Below, piece by piece: positions 48,129 to 59,768 of a stretch of DNA of 64,000 nt; the stretch's first letter is position 1; each line of letters opens with the position of its first letter. The notes below the pieces were generated by a model. That model saw only the letters and a program-made list of their open reading frames with translations, had not been told where the DNA came from and ran no database searches. The DNA is taken from positions 2,880,001 to 2,944,000 of the forward strand of contig CAXXTU010000002.1 in assembly GCA_963662655.2 (NCBI GenBank). The letters run 5' to 3'. The position numbers and the translations under genes are program-made. This DNA is from Candidatus Cloacimonadales bacterium (GTDB lineage Bacteria; Cloacimonadota; Cloacimonadia; Cloacimonadales; JAIOQZ01).

Positions 48129-49435
48129 AAGATCAGCTCGACATTTTCACGGAGGCGATCAAGCCTACCAACATACCGCTGGCCGAGAAGGCGCGTCCGG
48201 CAGATATCGACGACATCCTGGGGCAGGACAAGCTTCTCGCGGAGAACTCCGCGCTCCGCACGATGATCGAGAGCGGAAAATATTCTTCGTTCATTATGTG
48301 GGGGCCTCCCGGCTGCGGCAAGACAACCATCGCTCGTCTCATCCAGCAGAAAACGGACAGCAGGTTTCTCTCCTTCAGCGCGGTGCTTGCCAGCATCAAG
48401 GATGTGAAGGAAGTGATGAAGGAAGCCGAGTACAATCTGCATGCGGAGAACCGCGGAACCATTCTGTTCGTGGATGAAATTCACCGTTTCAACAAGGCGC
48501 AGCAGGACGCGTTTCTTCCCTACATCGAGTCGGGTGCGATCATACTGATAGGCGCGACAACGGAAAATCCGAGCTTCGAGGTGATTCCGGCTCTACTTTC
48601 GCGCTGCCATGTGCTCGTGCTGGAGAGCCTGGAAGAGACGCATCTGATTTCCATCTTGCAGCGTGCGCTGGAGAAAGTGGGGCGAAACCTCCCGGACGAC
48701 GTGCTGGATTACATTGCGCAGCTCAGTGGCGGAGACGCCCGTAAAGCGCTCAATTATCTCGAGATTCTCCTGAACCAGTTCATGGAGGGAGAGCCAGTCA
48801 GTGTCGAAATAGCATCGAAGAGGCTGGCAAAAAAGGCGATGTTCTACGACAAGAGCGGAGAAGAGCACTTCAACCTGATTTCAGCGCTGCATAAATCTCT
48901 GCGTGGCAGCGATCCCCAGGCGGGACTCTACTGGCTGGCGAGAATGCTCGAGGCGGGAGAAGCTCCGCTGTATATCGTGCGCAGGCTGGTGCGGTTCGCC
49001 TCGGAAGATATCGGGCTCGCCGATCCAAACGCGCTTCAGCAGGCGATTGCGGTGAAGGAAGCGGTTCATTTCCTCGGAATGCCCGAAGCGGATAACGCGC
49101 TGGCGCAGCTTGTGGTTTACCTGGCGACGGCCCCCAAGAGCAATTCGCTCTACGACGCATACAAGAAAGCACGCGAGGACGCGCGAAGTACAAGCCACCT
49201 GGGCGTACCGTTTCATATCAGGAATGCACCGACGCAGCTCATGAAAGACCTCGACTACGGCAAGGACTACGCCTACTCGCACGAGTTCGAGAATCACTAC
49301 CACTACCAGAATTACTTCCCCGGCAAGATGGGTGAAAAAACCTACTACGAGCCTTCGCCGTTCGGATTCGAGAAAGAAGTCCGCAAACGCCTGGACTGGT
49401 GGAAGAAACTGCGGGAGAAGCAGGAGAAGAAATAG
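48125..49435 (+). CDS. rarA: Replication-associated recombination protein A (MgsA/RarA)
   Basis: PLAE..RP, WGPPGCGKTT, DEIHRFNKAQQD, GATTENPSF, ISALHKSLRGSD, ASEDIGLADP, APKSN. Confidence 0.95.
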   Translation: MKDQLDIFTEAIKPTNIPLAEKARPADIDDILGQDKLLAENSALRTMIESGKYSSFIMWGPPGCGKTTIARLIQQKTDSRFLSFSAVLASIKDVKEVMKEAEYNLHAENRGTILFVDEIHRFNKAQQDAFLPYIESGAIILIGATTENPSFEVIPALLSRCHVLVLESLEETHLISILQRALEKVGRNLPDDVLDYIAQLSGGDARKALNYLEILLNQFMEGEPVSVEIASKRLAKKAMFYDKSGEEHFNLISALHKSLRGSDPQAGLYWLARMLEAGEAPLYIVRRLVRFASEDIGLADPNALQQAIAVKEAVHFLGMPEADNALAQLVVYLATAPKSNSLYDAYKKAREDARSTSHLGVPFHIRNAPTQLMKDLDYGKDYAYSHEFENHYHYQNYFPGKMGEKTYYEPSPFGFEKEVRKRLDWWKKLREKQEKK

Positions 49436-49484
49436 AAAAGCTTCCGGGATGATCCGGAAGCTTCATGAAATCTTCATCTCCGTA

Positions 49485-51017
49485 TCAGCGGATTCCAGCC
49501 CCATCGATCTGCCAAATGCTAATGGGGTTGTAGAAGACCATGTGGTTCAAGAGGTGATTCTCTTCATAATCGTTTCCATCGATTATCGATTCATCGATAT
49601 CACTTGTCTCGAAGTAGTTATTCGGTGAGGTGATATCTCGTGAAATCCCCTGGTAGTATTGCCCCCATGAATCTGGCATGGAATTTGTCCCAAACGTATT
49701 GATCGAGTGGTTGTTTTCACCATAGAAGTTATTTTGGTAAATGTTCGGCAAGCAGTAATGATAGCTGTTTTGAACATAATAAAGGTTCGTCTCAATATTA
49801 CTGGTGTCGTTGTAGAAATTGTTGAATCGTATGGTGTCGTTCGAGGCAGACAAGGATATGCCGAAGCTGTTTTGATCGTAACAGTTATTGTGGATATCCG
49901 AATAGCAATAGATCGTTCTGAATCCGATGTAGTTTCCAAAACAGAAGTTATCGAAGAGGTCGCCATCAACATACTTGATGCGAATTCCTTCCCGATTTCC
50001 ATAGAACAGATTGTAATTCAGAGTCAGCGACGTATAAAGGTCTTCATCGGAGCTGACCAGAATCCCCTGGCCCACATATCGGTTATCGATTTCAGACCAC
50101 AACTTATAGTTCATGAATATGCAATTCGAGATAGTTATACTGGCTGTGGAACTGTACTCCATCGTGAAACCGCGCATACCGGTATCGAAGATGAAATCCT
50201 TGATGTACATATCGGGATGCTGACAATTGATACCGTCGTTTGCAAAGGAGAGCCTTCCGGCCTGGAGGGGAAGAGAGTACGCGTTTCCTTGATACAGCGT
50301 GATGCGATTGAAGAAGTCGGGAGTTGTCCTTGTCGTGTTTACGAGGTCGTCGCAAAGGTCGTTGGATGTAAACCAGTACGGATTAGTAATATCCGTGCTT
50401 GGCAGGATGACACCGTAGAGCGTGAGATTCCGGTCGGTCGCGATCCGTATGACAGCCCCGGGTTCGATCGTTGCGCTGGAGATGGTTATGTCATTGCCTT
50501 CTGATCCAAGGATGTAATGATGACCGGTCTCGAAAACGGCAGGTGTCGTGATGAGCCCATCGTAATAGGTAACAGGGTAGAGCTGGATGGACTCGTCGAG
50601 GACGTGGTCGGTGTTTGAATCCACGACGACATTGAAGTGATATGCAAACCCGTATTTTGGATGACACGCCACAACGATGTACTCGTCTTGCGGAATATCC
50701 TTAACCGTGAAGTTTCCGTCGCTGTTTGTCTCTGCTGTTTTCACCGGAGTATGAAGGCGGTGATCGAATGTATTCCGGGCTGTGAGAGGGACGCCGATCT
50801 GCGGGTATTCATCGAGTATGGTCGTCACTTCGGAATTTATTTCAGGAACCGTGTAAACGCCGATCTGAATCCCCTGCAAAGTGTCTGCTTCCAGGCTGAT
50901 ATGACCCGAAATGGATGCCTTGGGTGATGTTTTATCTCCGCTGTCGTCACAACTGCAGAGAACGATTATTACGCTTATCAATAAAATGCCGAGAATGCCG
51001 GAAAACATCGCTCTCAT
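49485..51017 (-). CDS. Lipoprotein with carboxypeptidase-regulatory-like domain and right-handed beta-helix
   Basis: Lipobox LCSC; TNSDGNFTVKDI; Asn-ladder repeats (ISNCIF, LNYNLF, LFDNFC, IHNNCY, IRFNNF). Confidence 0.75.
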   Translation of the reverse strand: MRAMFSGILGILLISVIIVLCSCDDSGDKTSPKASISGHISLEADTLQGIQIGVYTVPEINSEVTTILDEYPQIGVPLTARNTFDHRLHTPVKTAETNSDGNFTVKDIPQDEYIVVACHPKYGFAYHFNVVVDSNTDHVLDESIQLYPVTYYDGLITTPAVFETGHHYILGSEGNDITISSATIEPGAVIRIATDRNLTLYGVILPSTDITNPYWFTSNDLCDDLVNTTRTTPDFFNRITLYQGNAYSLPLQAGRLSFANDGINCQHPDMYIKDFIFDTGMRGFTMEYSSTASITISNCIFMNYKLWSEIDNRYVGQGILVSSDEDLYTSLTLNYNLFYGNREGIRIKYVDGDLFDNFCFGNYIGFRTIYCYSDIHNNCYDQNSFGISLSASNDTIRFNNFYNDTSNIETNLYYVQNSYHYCLPNIYQNNFYGENNHSINTFGTNSMPDSWGQYYQGISRDITSPNNYFETSDIDESIIDGNDYEENHLLNHMVFYNPISIWQIDGAGIR

Positions 51018-51242
51018 GATTCACCTTCTTATTCTTTTTCTTATGAAGAGATAAACTTCCACCTTGTCAATCATTTTCTTGAAGATGCCCCCAAGTTATC
51101 GCTTTCCGGGCGCCCGTGCCGATGTATATCAAACGAAGTACCGGTGAAATCGGATGCATCAATCGGGGAATACAGAAAATATTCTTGACAAGCAACTTGC
51201 AGATATGAGTATGAAAAAAAGAAAACTGTCAAGAGGGATCGT

Positions 51243-52346
<1,104 letters not shown>

Positions 52347-52368
52347 CATCCAATCGATAAATTATTCT

Positions 52369-52400
52369 AAAGCCAGTACCTGTGTTCTGGCTTTTTCTTT
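52369..52400 (+). terminator. Intrinsic terminator
   Basis: AAAGCCAG/CTGGCTTT stem followed by a T-rich tract. Confidence 0.6.
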
Positions 52401-52497
52401 TCTCCGTCCCATGAAATACTGGTCTGCGAATGATTTATATTCACAATAAGGAACGATTCTTGCATCTGTTTCAAGAAAACCCCGGGGGTCCCATTAT

Positions 52498-55400
52498 ATG
52501 CGTAAAGTACTCATGTCTTTGTTGATTGGCTTGCTCGTTCTCTCCATGAGCGCAATTCAGAATAATGCAAAAGTATTCACACACGAATTCTCTTCTTCCA
52601 GCAGCACGGTTCTTCAGTTCAAGATTGGAGATTTCCAGCTCGTATCGCAGGAAGGCGATCATAGCAGCTACACGCGAATCCAACATCCTGAAGCAGCACT
52701 GACACTTGAAAAAGGAAAACCGGAGTTGCCGGTGTTTTCAACGACGATTGCCGTTCCGGCCACCGGCAACGTTGTTCTTGAATGGGATGTAATTCAATCG
52801 CAGACAATCCACGGGATCAACCTGTATCCTTCGCAAGGCGTGGACCTGTCGGGTAACGATACGACTTTTCACAGGGATTCTGCCATATACGCAAGCAAGG
52901 ACTACGTCGTCGAGCAATCGGCTCGTATCAGCGAACCGGTAGTCATGCGCGACGTGCGATTGGTAAACATCAGCGTTTCACCCGTAGGATGGGATGCCCG
53001 GAGTCAGGAACTGGAGATCGCCTCGGAAATCAATCTGACGGTTCGGTACGAAAGCGGGAATGGAGTAAACGAGATTCGTTCAAACCGCAAGCTTTCAAGA
53101 AGCTTCGAGAAGCTGTATGAAGCGAATATCGCCAACTGGGAGCAGGTACGCGACGATAATCCGGAGTATCAGCAGCGCTCGATTCTGGTCATATATCCGA
53201 ATATCACGGAGCTCGTCACGTATATCGAATCTTACATGGATTGGAAGAGGTCCAAGGGATTCTATATTGAAGCCCATAGTACGGCTGAAACAGGCACGAG
53301 CAACTCGGACATCAAAAGCTTCATCCAGGATTGCTACAATTCCTGGGAGAACCCGCCCGAGTACCTGGTTCTGGTTGGAGACCCATCCGGAACGTACAGT
53401 ATGCCAACGTGGTTCGAGAATTGGACAAATTACGAAGGAGAAGGCGACCATCCATACACATTGCTGGATGGCGACGACTATATCTCCGATATCCTCATTG
53501 GTCGAATCTCGATAGGTTCCGTAACGGATTTCCTCACTTTCCTGTCGAAGATGAACAAGTTTGAGCGTGCGCCGAACCTCGATGATATGGGCTATTATCA
53601 TCGCAGCCTGCTGGTGGGGGACACCAGCCCATCTGGGCTTTCGTGTATTCAGACGAATCTTTTTGTCAAGGACATGATCCTCAACAACGATCCTGAACAT
53701 ACTTTTACGGAGCTCTATAGCAGCGATCCGAGCGCAAGCTCGATGGATACGGCCATCAACCAGGGCGTTCAATTCTTCAACTACCGCGGTTGGGTAGGAA
53801 TGAGCGGGTGGAGTACCGGTAATGTCTCCGGTCTCACCAACACCAATAAACTCATGAATGCTATAATTCTCACTTGCGATACAGGCTCGTTTGCTTCAGG
53901 GACCGCGCGAACCGAGGCTGTGCTTCGCGCTGGGACGCCAAGCGCTCCCAGGGGTGGAATCAGCGCGATAGGCCTGGCGACCACCGGAACGCATACGCAA
54001 TTCAACAATATCCTTTGTGGCGGCATTTTCCAGGGACTCCTCGTGTACGATATGCGAACCATGGGCGAGGCCCTGTTCCAGGGTAAGATGGACCTCTATC
54101 GAGCATATGAGGAGCCCACATACCATTACACGCAAGTATTTACGCACTGGTGCAACCTCATGGGCGATCCCAGTATCGATGTCTGGGTTGGAGAGCCCAA
54201 ATCGATGAATGCCGATTACACGTCCACGATTCACCAGGGAGAGGGCTACCTCGATGTTACCGTGACCGATGGAAGCGGTTTGCCGATCGAAGGAGCATGG
54301 GTAACAATCCGCATGGTCGATTCACAGGGAGAAGAAGATATCTTCGAATCGGGTTATTCGGATGAGAATGGTACGATTACCCATGAATTCAGTAAAACGG
54401 CTGTCGGTGAAGTCTCGTTGGTTGTCACCAAACCGAATTATGTGCCGGTTCTGGGCGATTTCACGATCGAAAGTGGAGACGGCGTCAGATGTCAGAACTA
54501 CGTGGTCGACGATGACAACGAAGACGATTCCATTGGGAACGATGATGGGCAGGCGAACCCGGGAGAAACCATCGAACTGGTTCTCACGGTTCGCAATTAC
54601 AGCTCCTCGACGTTCCAGAATGTCGTGGCGGTGATTTCCTCGGATGATCCTTACATTCAGATTACCGACGACACCGAATCGTGGGAGACGGTCAACAGCG
54701 GAGCCGGAGGACCAACGCCGGACGATTTCGATATCGTCATCGCACCGGACGCGCCGGACGGACATCGTGCTCCGATCGAACTTGTCATTACCGCAGATGG
54801 AGATTATCAGTGGGAAGACAGGTTCTGGCTGGATATCGCGGGGAACGATCTTGATATTGTTTCGTATTCAATCGATGAAGGTGACGGAATCCTGGACCCG
54901 GGTGAAACCTGCGAAACCTCCATCACGATATACAATGACGGTCAGACAGCGCTTTCCGATGTCTATGCCGAAATATCCAGCAGGAATGCGCTGGCGTTGA
55001 CGCCGGATTCGATTGCCTATTTCGGTAACATCTCTCCTGGAAGCACTGTGACCTGTCCGACGGACTGCTTTGAAATCGGTACGCTTCCGCAGATTCTTCC
55101 AGGCATGAGCGTGGAGTTCGAGGTTCGCTTCTACAACGAATCAGGCCTCGACGAAACGGAAACCATCATTATCCCGATCGGAGAAATCGAAAATGGCGAT
55201 CCGATCGCGCCGGATGCATATGGTTATATATGTTTGGACGACGGCGATACCAGTTACACGGAAGCTCCGGACTACGACTGGATCGAGATCGATCCAGGAC
55301 TGGGAGGAACCGGAACGAACACAGGAATAACCGATACCTCGAATGAGGATGACGATATGGACTTCTTCGATCTCCCCTTTCCGGTGACGTTTTACGGAGT

Positions 55401-57720
55401 CGCGTATGAGGAGGTCGGTATCTGTTCCAACGGCTGGATAACCTTCGGCGACGGGGATACGGATCAGGTTACGTTCCGTAATTGGCCGATCCCCGGCGGC
55501 CTTGGACCAAGCCCGATGATTGCTGCTTTCTGGGACGACCTGAGAACGAGCGGCGGCGGTGTTTACATCAAATACGTTCAGGATATGACGATTGACGCTT
55601 TCGTGATCGAGTGGTCCGAGTGCGTTAATTCCATATCGAGTGCGGAAGAGACATTCCAGATCGTTCTATACAATACAGGATTCTATTCGACGCCGACCGG
55701 AGATACTCCGATCAAGATTCAGTACAAGGTTTTCAACAATGTGGACAGCAACAATTCAGCAGGCGGAGCTCAGGGAAACTATTGTACGATCGGGCTTGAA
55801 GATCATACCGGAGGGGTTGGGCTTCAATACTCGTACAATAACGAGTATCCCGATGGCGCGTCGCCATTGGGAAATCAGAGAGCGATTCTCTTTACAACGG
55901 TACCCATCGTTACGCAAGAGCCTAGCCTCGTGCTGGTAGGAACCGATATTGTCGGTTCTGCCGATGACAATGTCCTCATCTACGGGCGGGTTTCCGAATT
56001 TAACGTCTTATTGCAGAATTCGGGTATCGAATCGGCAACGAACGTGCAAGCGTCGATCTCGACAAACTCTCCATGGATTACGATCTTAAACGCTCAATCA
56101 GACTACAACGCCATCGATAGCGGGGAAACTGAAGCATCTCTTCAGCCGTTTCAGGTCGAGGTATCGCCCTGGTGTCCGGATATGGCGGCGCTGGCGTTCA
56201 CGCTTCATGTTACATGCGACCAGAACGAGTGGAATTTCGTGTGTGGGTTGAATTGCTGGGCGCCCAAGCTGGAAATTGAGTCCATCACGATCCTCGATGA
56301 AAACGAGAACGGGTATCTCGAACAAAACGAGGGTGCGGACATTGAAATACAGGTAATCAACAACGGCCACTATGAAGCGACGGACATTACCGGCTTCCTG
56401 TACGTGGATGACGCGATGATCGACATGGCATCGAGCATGGCAACGTTAGGGGATATCGCGGTTAATGAGAGCGTTGATCTCGATACACCGTTCAGCCTCG
56501 AGGTCGATGCGGAATGTCCTGTTCCTCATTCGTTCCGGCTCAATCTCACCCTTTCCTCCGAGACGGAGTATTATGTTCTGCATCAGTTCGAGTACCTGGT
56601 CGGCTACAGCGAATTCTGTGAGTTGGGAGATAACGGATGGTCGCACTATGCGCTCAACGGGGGATCCGACGAGTGGCATCTGGAAGATAATCGCTTCTAC
56701 TCTCCTGGGCATTCCTGGAAAGCGGGTGGTACCGATGGCGATGATTATTCGGACAACGTCAAAATTGGGCTGGAGAGTCCCGAAGTAACGCTTTCAACGG
56801 GAAGTTACCTGACATTCCGCCACTGGATGGATTCGGAGATAAGCGGAAACTGGCCGGGATACTGTTATGACGGTGGGCTAGTTGAAATGTATTACAACGA
56901 CAACTGGATTACGCTTTCTCCGATAGGTGGATATCCATATCTGTCCCGCGGCGAGAACAATCCGCCATTCGATGCGGACACCGGCTTGTTTGCGGGAAGT
57001 ATTGACTGGGAAAGCGCGTGGTTCGATGTTACGGGCTACAGTGGAACCGTGAAATTCCGCTTTGTATTCGGTTCAGATGGCGGTACAATTAAAGAAGGCT
57101 GGTACATCGACAATATCATGATTACGGACAGCTATCAGGCTGTCGAACCGCCTGTCGAGTTATCGGCCATACTTACCGCTCCGAATCAGATCGAGCTTCA
57201 ATGGGCTGCTCCGGATGAAGTACCGGACAGCTATCGCGTCTATCGTTCCCCGGGAGTTGATCAGCCGTTTGTGATGATTACCGAGACGGGCGAAACCGAT
57301 TTTATCGATACCGATTCCTATTCGGCGGTGATCCAGTACTATGCTGTAACCTCCGTGGTGGATGGCAACGAGAGTATCTTCAGCAATACTGCACAGGTTG
57401 AAACGGATTACAGCGGTCAGGGAGACGAGGGCGATGTGCCTCGTTATACGCATCTTGAATGCAACTATCCCAATCCGTTCAATCCGACAACGTGCATCCG
57501 TTATTCCCTGGCGCAAGATGCGAAAACGGAGTTGAAGATTTACAACGTTCGCGGCCAGCTTGTGAGAACGCTTGTTTCCGAGGCGAAACCCGCTGGTAAT
57601 CATCAGGTGTACTGGCATGGTATGGACGAGAACCGGAAGCCGGTCTCATCGGGTGTTTATTTCTATAAATTTAAAGCTGGTGACTACACGAATATTCGCA
57701 AGATGCTGTTGATCAAATAG
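52498..57720 (+). CDS. C25 (gingipain-family) peptidase-like protein with propeptide, Ig-like repeats, FN3 and T9SS-type C-terminal domain
   Basis: Signal peptide; GKPELP (C25 propeptide); WKRSKG, YLVLVGD, GRIS, NLMGDP; GxxNPGET repeats; NYPNPFNP...RKMLLIK. Confidence 0.88.
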   Translation: MRKVLMSLLIGLLVLSMSAIQNNAKVFTHEFSSSSSTVLQFKIGDFQLVSQEGDHSSYTRIQHPEAALTLEKGKPELPVFSTTIAVPATGNVVLEWDVIQSQTIHGINLYPSQGVDLSGNDTTFHRDSAIYASKDYVVEQSARISEPVVMRDVRLVNISVSPVGWDARSQELEIASEINLTVRYESGNGVNEIRSNRKLSRSFEKLYEANIANWEQVRDDNPEYQQRSILVIYPNITELVTYIESYMDWKRSKGFYIEAHSTAETGTSNSDIKSFIQDCYNSWENPPEYLVLVGDPSGTYSMPTWFENWTNYEGEGDHPYTLLDGDDYISDILIGRISIGSVTDFLTFLSKMNKFERAPNLDDMGYYHRSLLVGDTSPSGLSCIQTNLFVKDMILNNDPEHTFTELYSSDPSASSMDTAINQGVQFFNYRGWVGMSGWSTGNVSGLTNTNKLMNAIILTCDTGSFASGTARTEAVLRAGTPSAPRGGISAIGLATTGTHTQFNNILCGGIFQGLLVYDMRTMGEALFQGKMDLYRAYEEPTYHYTQVFTHWCNLMGDPSIDVWVGEPKSMNADYTSTIHQGEGYLDVTVTDGSGLPIEGAWVTIRMVDSQGEEDIFESGYSDENGTITHEFSKTAVGEVSLVVTKPNYVPVLGDFTIESGDGVRCQNYVVDDDNEDDSIGNDDGQANPGETIELVLTVRNYSSSTFQNVVAVISSDDPYIQITDDTESWETVNSGAGGPTPDDFDIVIAPDAPDGHRAPIELVITADGDYQWEDRFWLDIAGNDLDIVSYSIDEGDGILDPGETCETSITIYNDGQTALSDVYAEISSRNALALTPDSIAYFGNISPGSTVTCPTDCFEIGTLPQILPGMSVEFEVRFYNESGLDETETIIIPIGEIENGDPIAPDAYGYICLDDGDTSYTEAPDYDWIEIDPGLGGTGTNTGITDTSNEDDDMDFFDLPFPVTFYGVAYEEVGICSNGWITFGDGDTDQVTFRNWPIPGGLGPSPMIAAFWDDLRTSGGGVYIKYVQDMTIDAFVIEWSECVNSISSAEETFQIVLYNTGFYSTPTGDTPIKIQYKVFNNVDSNNSAGGAQGNYCTIGLEDHTGGVGLQYSYNNEYPDGASPLGNQRAILFTTVPIVTQEPSLVLVGTDIVGSADDNVLIYGRVSEFNVLLQNSGIESATNVQASISTNSPWITILNAQSDYNAIDSGETEASLQPFQVEVSPWCPDMAALAFTLHVTCDQNEWNFVCGLNCWAPKLEIESITILDENENGYLEQNEGADIEIQVINNGHYEATDITGFLYVDDAMIDMASSMATLGDIAVNESVDLDTPFSLEVDAECPVPHSFRLNLTLSSETEYYVLHQFEYLVGYSEFCELGDNGWSHYALNGGSDEWHLEDNRFYSPGHSWKAGGTDGDDYSDNVKIGLESPEVTLSTGSYLTFRHWMDSEISGNWPGYCYDGGLVEMYYNDNWITLSPIGGYPYLSRGENNPPFDADTGLFAGSIDWESAWFDVTGYSGTVKFRFVFGSDGGTIKEGWYIDNIMITDSYQAVEPPVELSAILTAPNQIELQWAAPDEVPDSYRVYRSPGVDQPFVMITETGETDFIDTDSYSAVIQYYAVTSVVDGNESIFSNTAQVETDYSGQGDEGDVPRYTHLECNYPNPFNPTTCIRYSLAQDAKTELKIYNVRGQLVRTLVSEAKPAGNHQVYWHGMDENRKPVSSGVYFYKFKAGDYTNIRKMLLIK

Positions 57721-57738
57721 GTTGATAATAGAATTTTG

Positions 57739-57767
57739 GGAGAGTTCTTCGGGGCTCTCCTTTTTTT
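57739..57767 (+). terminator. Intrinsic terminator
   Basis: GGAGAGTTC-TTCG-GGGCTCTCC plus T7. Confidence 0.8.
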
Positions 57768-57913
57768 ATGGCCGAACGTCGTGGCGCCTTCGCCCGATTT
57801 CCCTTCCCCCCGTGGATATACCACAGCTTCGAAAGGAGATGGACATGGAAGCTACGCTGTGAAACACCACGCGGTGAAGGGGAATCGAACGAATCCGCTC
57901 ACGACTTGCAGTT

Positions 57914-58657
57914 CTACTCGAATCTTCCGACATCGAAGAAAGTATCAATTTGTGGAATGCTGGCGTTTTTGGCTTCCTGAAGGGTGCCGTTGAAGAGCAT
58001 TTTACCGGAATCGAGGAAGATGATTTTGTCGGCGATGCGGTGTATGCTTGCCAGCTCGTGTGTAACGATGACGACGGAGATGTTGAGCTGCCTTTTGAGG
58101 GTGAGAATGAGTTCGTCGAGATTTGCGCTGGTGATGGGATCGAGTCCAGCGGAAGGTTCGTCGAAGAAGAGGATTTCTGGATCGAGGGCCATGGCTCGGG
58201 CGAGTGCGGCGCGTTTTTTCATACCGCCGGAGAGCTCGGATGGCTTCAGGTAGATTGCATGGCTGAGGTTGACCAGCTCCAGTTTCTTGCGTATGATACG
58301 ATCTTTGAGGATGTCGGGAATTTTGGTGTGCTGTTCGAGCGGGATGCTGATGTTGTCGTAGATCGAAAGGGAGTTCAGGAGCGCTCCGTTCTGGAAGAGC
58401 ATGCCGATGTGCGCGAGGATTTCTTCGAATTCGTTTTCCTCCATCCCCACCACGTTTTTCCCAAAGATTTCCACGGATCCGGCAGCCGGTTCGTAGAGGC
58501 GTAGTATATTCTTGAGAAGCGTGGTTTTTCCGCAACCGCTGCCGCCGAGAATCACGGTGATTTCGGCAGGGAGGATGTCCACACTGATGCCGTCGAGAAT
58601 GACCTTGTCCTCGTATTTAGCGACAAGGTCTCTGACTTTTATGATGGGCTCTGTCAT
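57914..58657 (-). CDS. mlaF: MCE/Mla ABC transporter ATP-binding protein (MlaF-like)
   Basis: GGSGCGKTT, GMLFQNGALL, PSELSGGMKKRAALARA, DEPSAGLDP. Confidence 0.88.
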   Translation of the reverse strand: MTEPIIKVRDLVAKYEDKVILDGISVDILPAEITVILGGSGCGKTTLLKNILRLYEPAAGSVEIFGKNVVGMEENEFEEILAHIGMLFQNGALLNSLSIYDNISIPLEQHTKIPDILKDRIIRKKLELVNLSHAIYLKPSELSGGMKKRAALARAMALDPEILFFDEPSAGLDPITSANLDELILTLKRQLNISVVIVTHELASIHRIADKIIFLDSGKMLFNGTLQEAKNASIPQIDTFFDVGRFE

Positions 58658-58669
58658 AATTCAAGCTTC

Positions 58670-59764
58670 CTAAATCAGGTAAATCAGGCTGAAAATCACA
58701 TCCAGCACGATAACCGCGAAAATGGACGCGACCACCGACGCCGTGGTTGCCTTGCCGACTCCCTCTGCTCCTCCGGTCACGCGGAAACCGTAGAAGCTCC
58801 CGATGATCACGATGACCCAGGAGAAGAATGTGCTTTTCACCAGACTGAGCACGATGTCCTTGAAGATGAGCGCGTTGACGCCTTGCTCGATGTAGGCGTT
58901 GATGGTGAGATCGAGGTAAACCATGGCAACGAGCGCGCCGCCGAATACGCCGACGAAGATCGATACAGTAACCAGAAGCGGCATGCAGACCGTCATGGCG
59001 TGGAACTTGGGAACGACGATGTATCGGATGGGGTTGATCGCCATCATCTTGAGCGCGTCGAGCTCCTCGGTAACGTTCATGGTGGCGATCTCCGACGCTA
59101 TGGCCGATCCGCTTCGCCCGGCGATGATGATCGCCGTCATCATGGGTCCCATCTCACGAACCATGGATATCGATACGAGGTTCGCAACGAAGATGTTGGC
59201 TCCGAACATGCGCAACTGCGCTGCCGACTGCAACGCGAGAATCAATCCGAGAATGAACGAAAGCAGACTAACGATCGGGAGGGCATCCACTCCGATCAAC
59301 AGACTCTGTTGAATGAACGATCCCTTGCGCTGCCCCTTGTGATTGAAGATACCCACGAACGCCCAGTAGAGCGTATCGGCGGTGAGATACAGGGAATAGA
59401 TGAACGATTCCCACCAGTTGAGCGCGTGGTCTCCCACCATCTCGAAAAAACCGGCAGGAGCGGTTTTTTCCACTTGCCGGAGGGAAAGCGAGGTGAAGGT
59501 GTCGATCGATTTCCTGACGTCTGTCGAAGCGCCGATCAATGCGGGAGCATTCCCGAGCTTTTCGACGCGCTGGATTATTTCATCCAGGAACGCGACGCCG
59601 GAACTGTCGATCATGGTGACGTTATGGATGTCGATCGACTCGATGGACGCGATATCCTTCATGACCGAAAACTGGGTGAAAAACTCGGGCACCACGACCT
59701 TGTTCAGATATCCGTCGATCTGAATGCCTTTCTCGCTGCGCTGAAGCCTGGGTGTCCGTTCCAT
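58670..59764 (-). CDS. mlaE: MlaE family permease with N-terminal STAS-like domain
   Basis: IDSSGV (STAS-like); REMGPMMTAIIIAGRSGSAIASEI, EELDALKMM, GGAEGVGKATT. Confidence 0.9.
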   Translation of the reverse strand: MERTPRLQRSEKGIQIDGYLNKVVVPEFFTQFSVMKDIASIESIDIHNVTMIDSSGVAFLDEIIQRVEKLGNAPALIGASTDVRKSIDTFTSLSLRQVEKTAPAGFFEMVGDHALNWWESFIYSLYLTADTLYWAFVGIFNHKGQRKGSFIQQSLLIGVDALPIVSLLSFILGLILALQSAAQLRMFGANIFVANLVSISMVREMGPMMTAIIIAGRSGSAIASEIATMNVTEELDALKMMAINPIRYIVVPKFHAMTVCMPLLVTVSIFVGVFGGALVAMVYLDLTINAYIEQGVNALIFKDIVLSLVKSTFFSWVIVIIGSFYGFRVTGGAEGVGKATTASVVASIFAVIVLDVIFSLIYLI

Positions 59765-59768
59765 GAGA

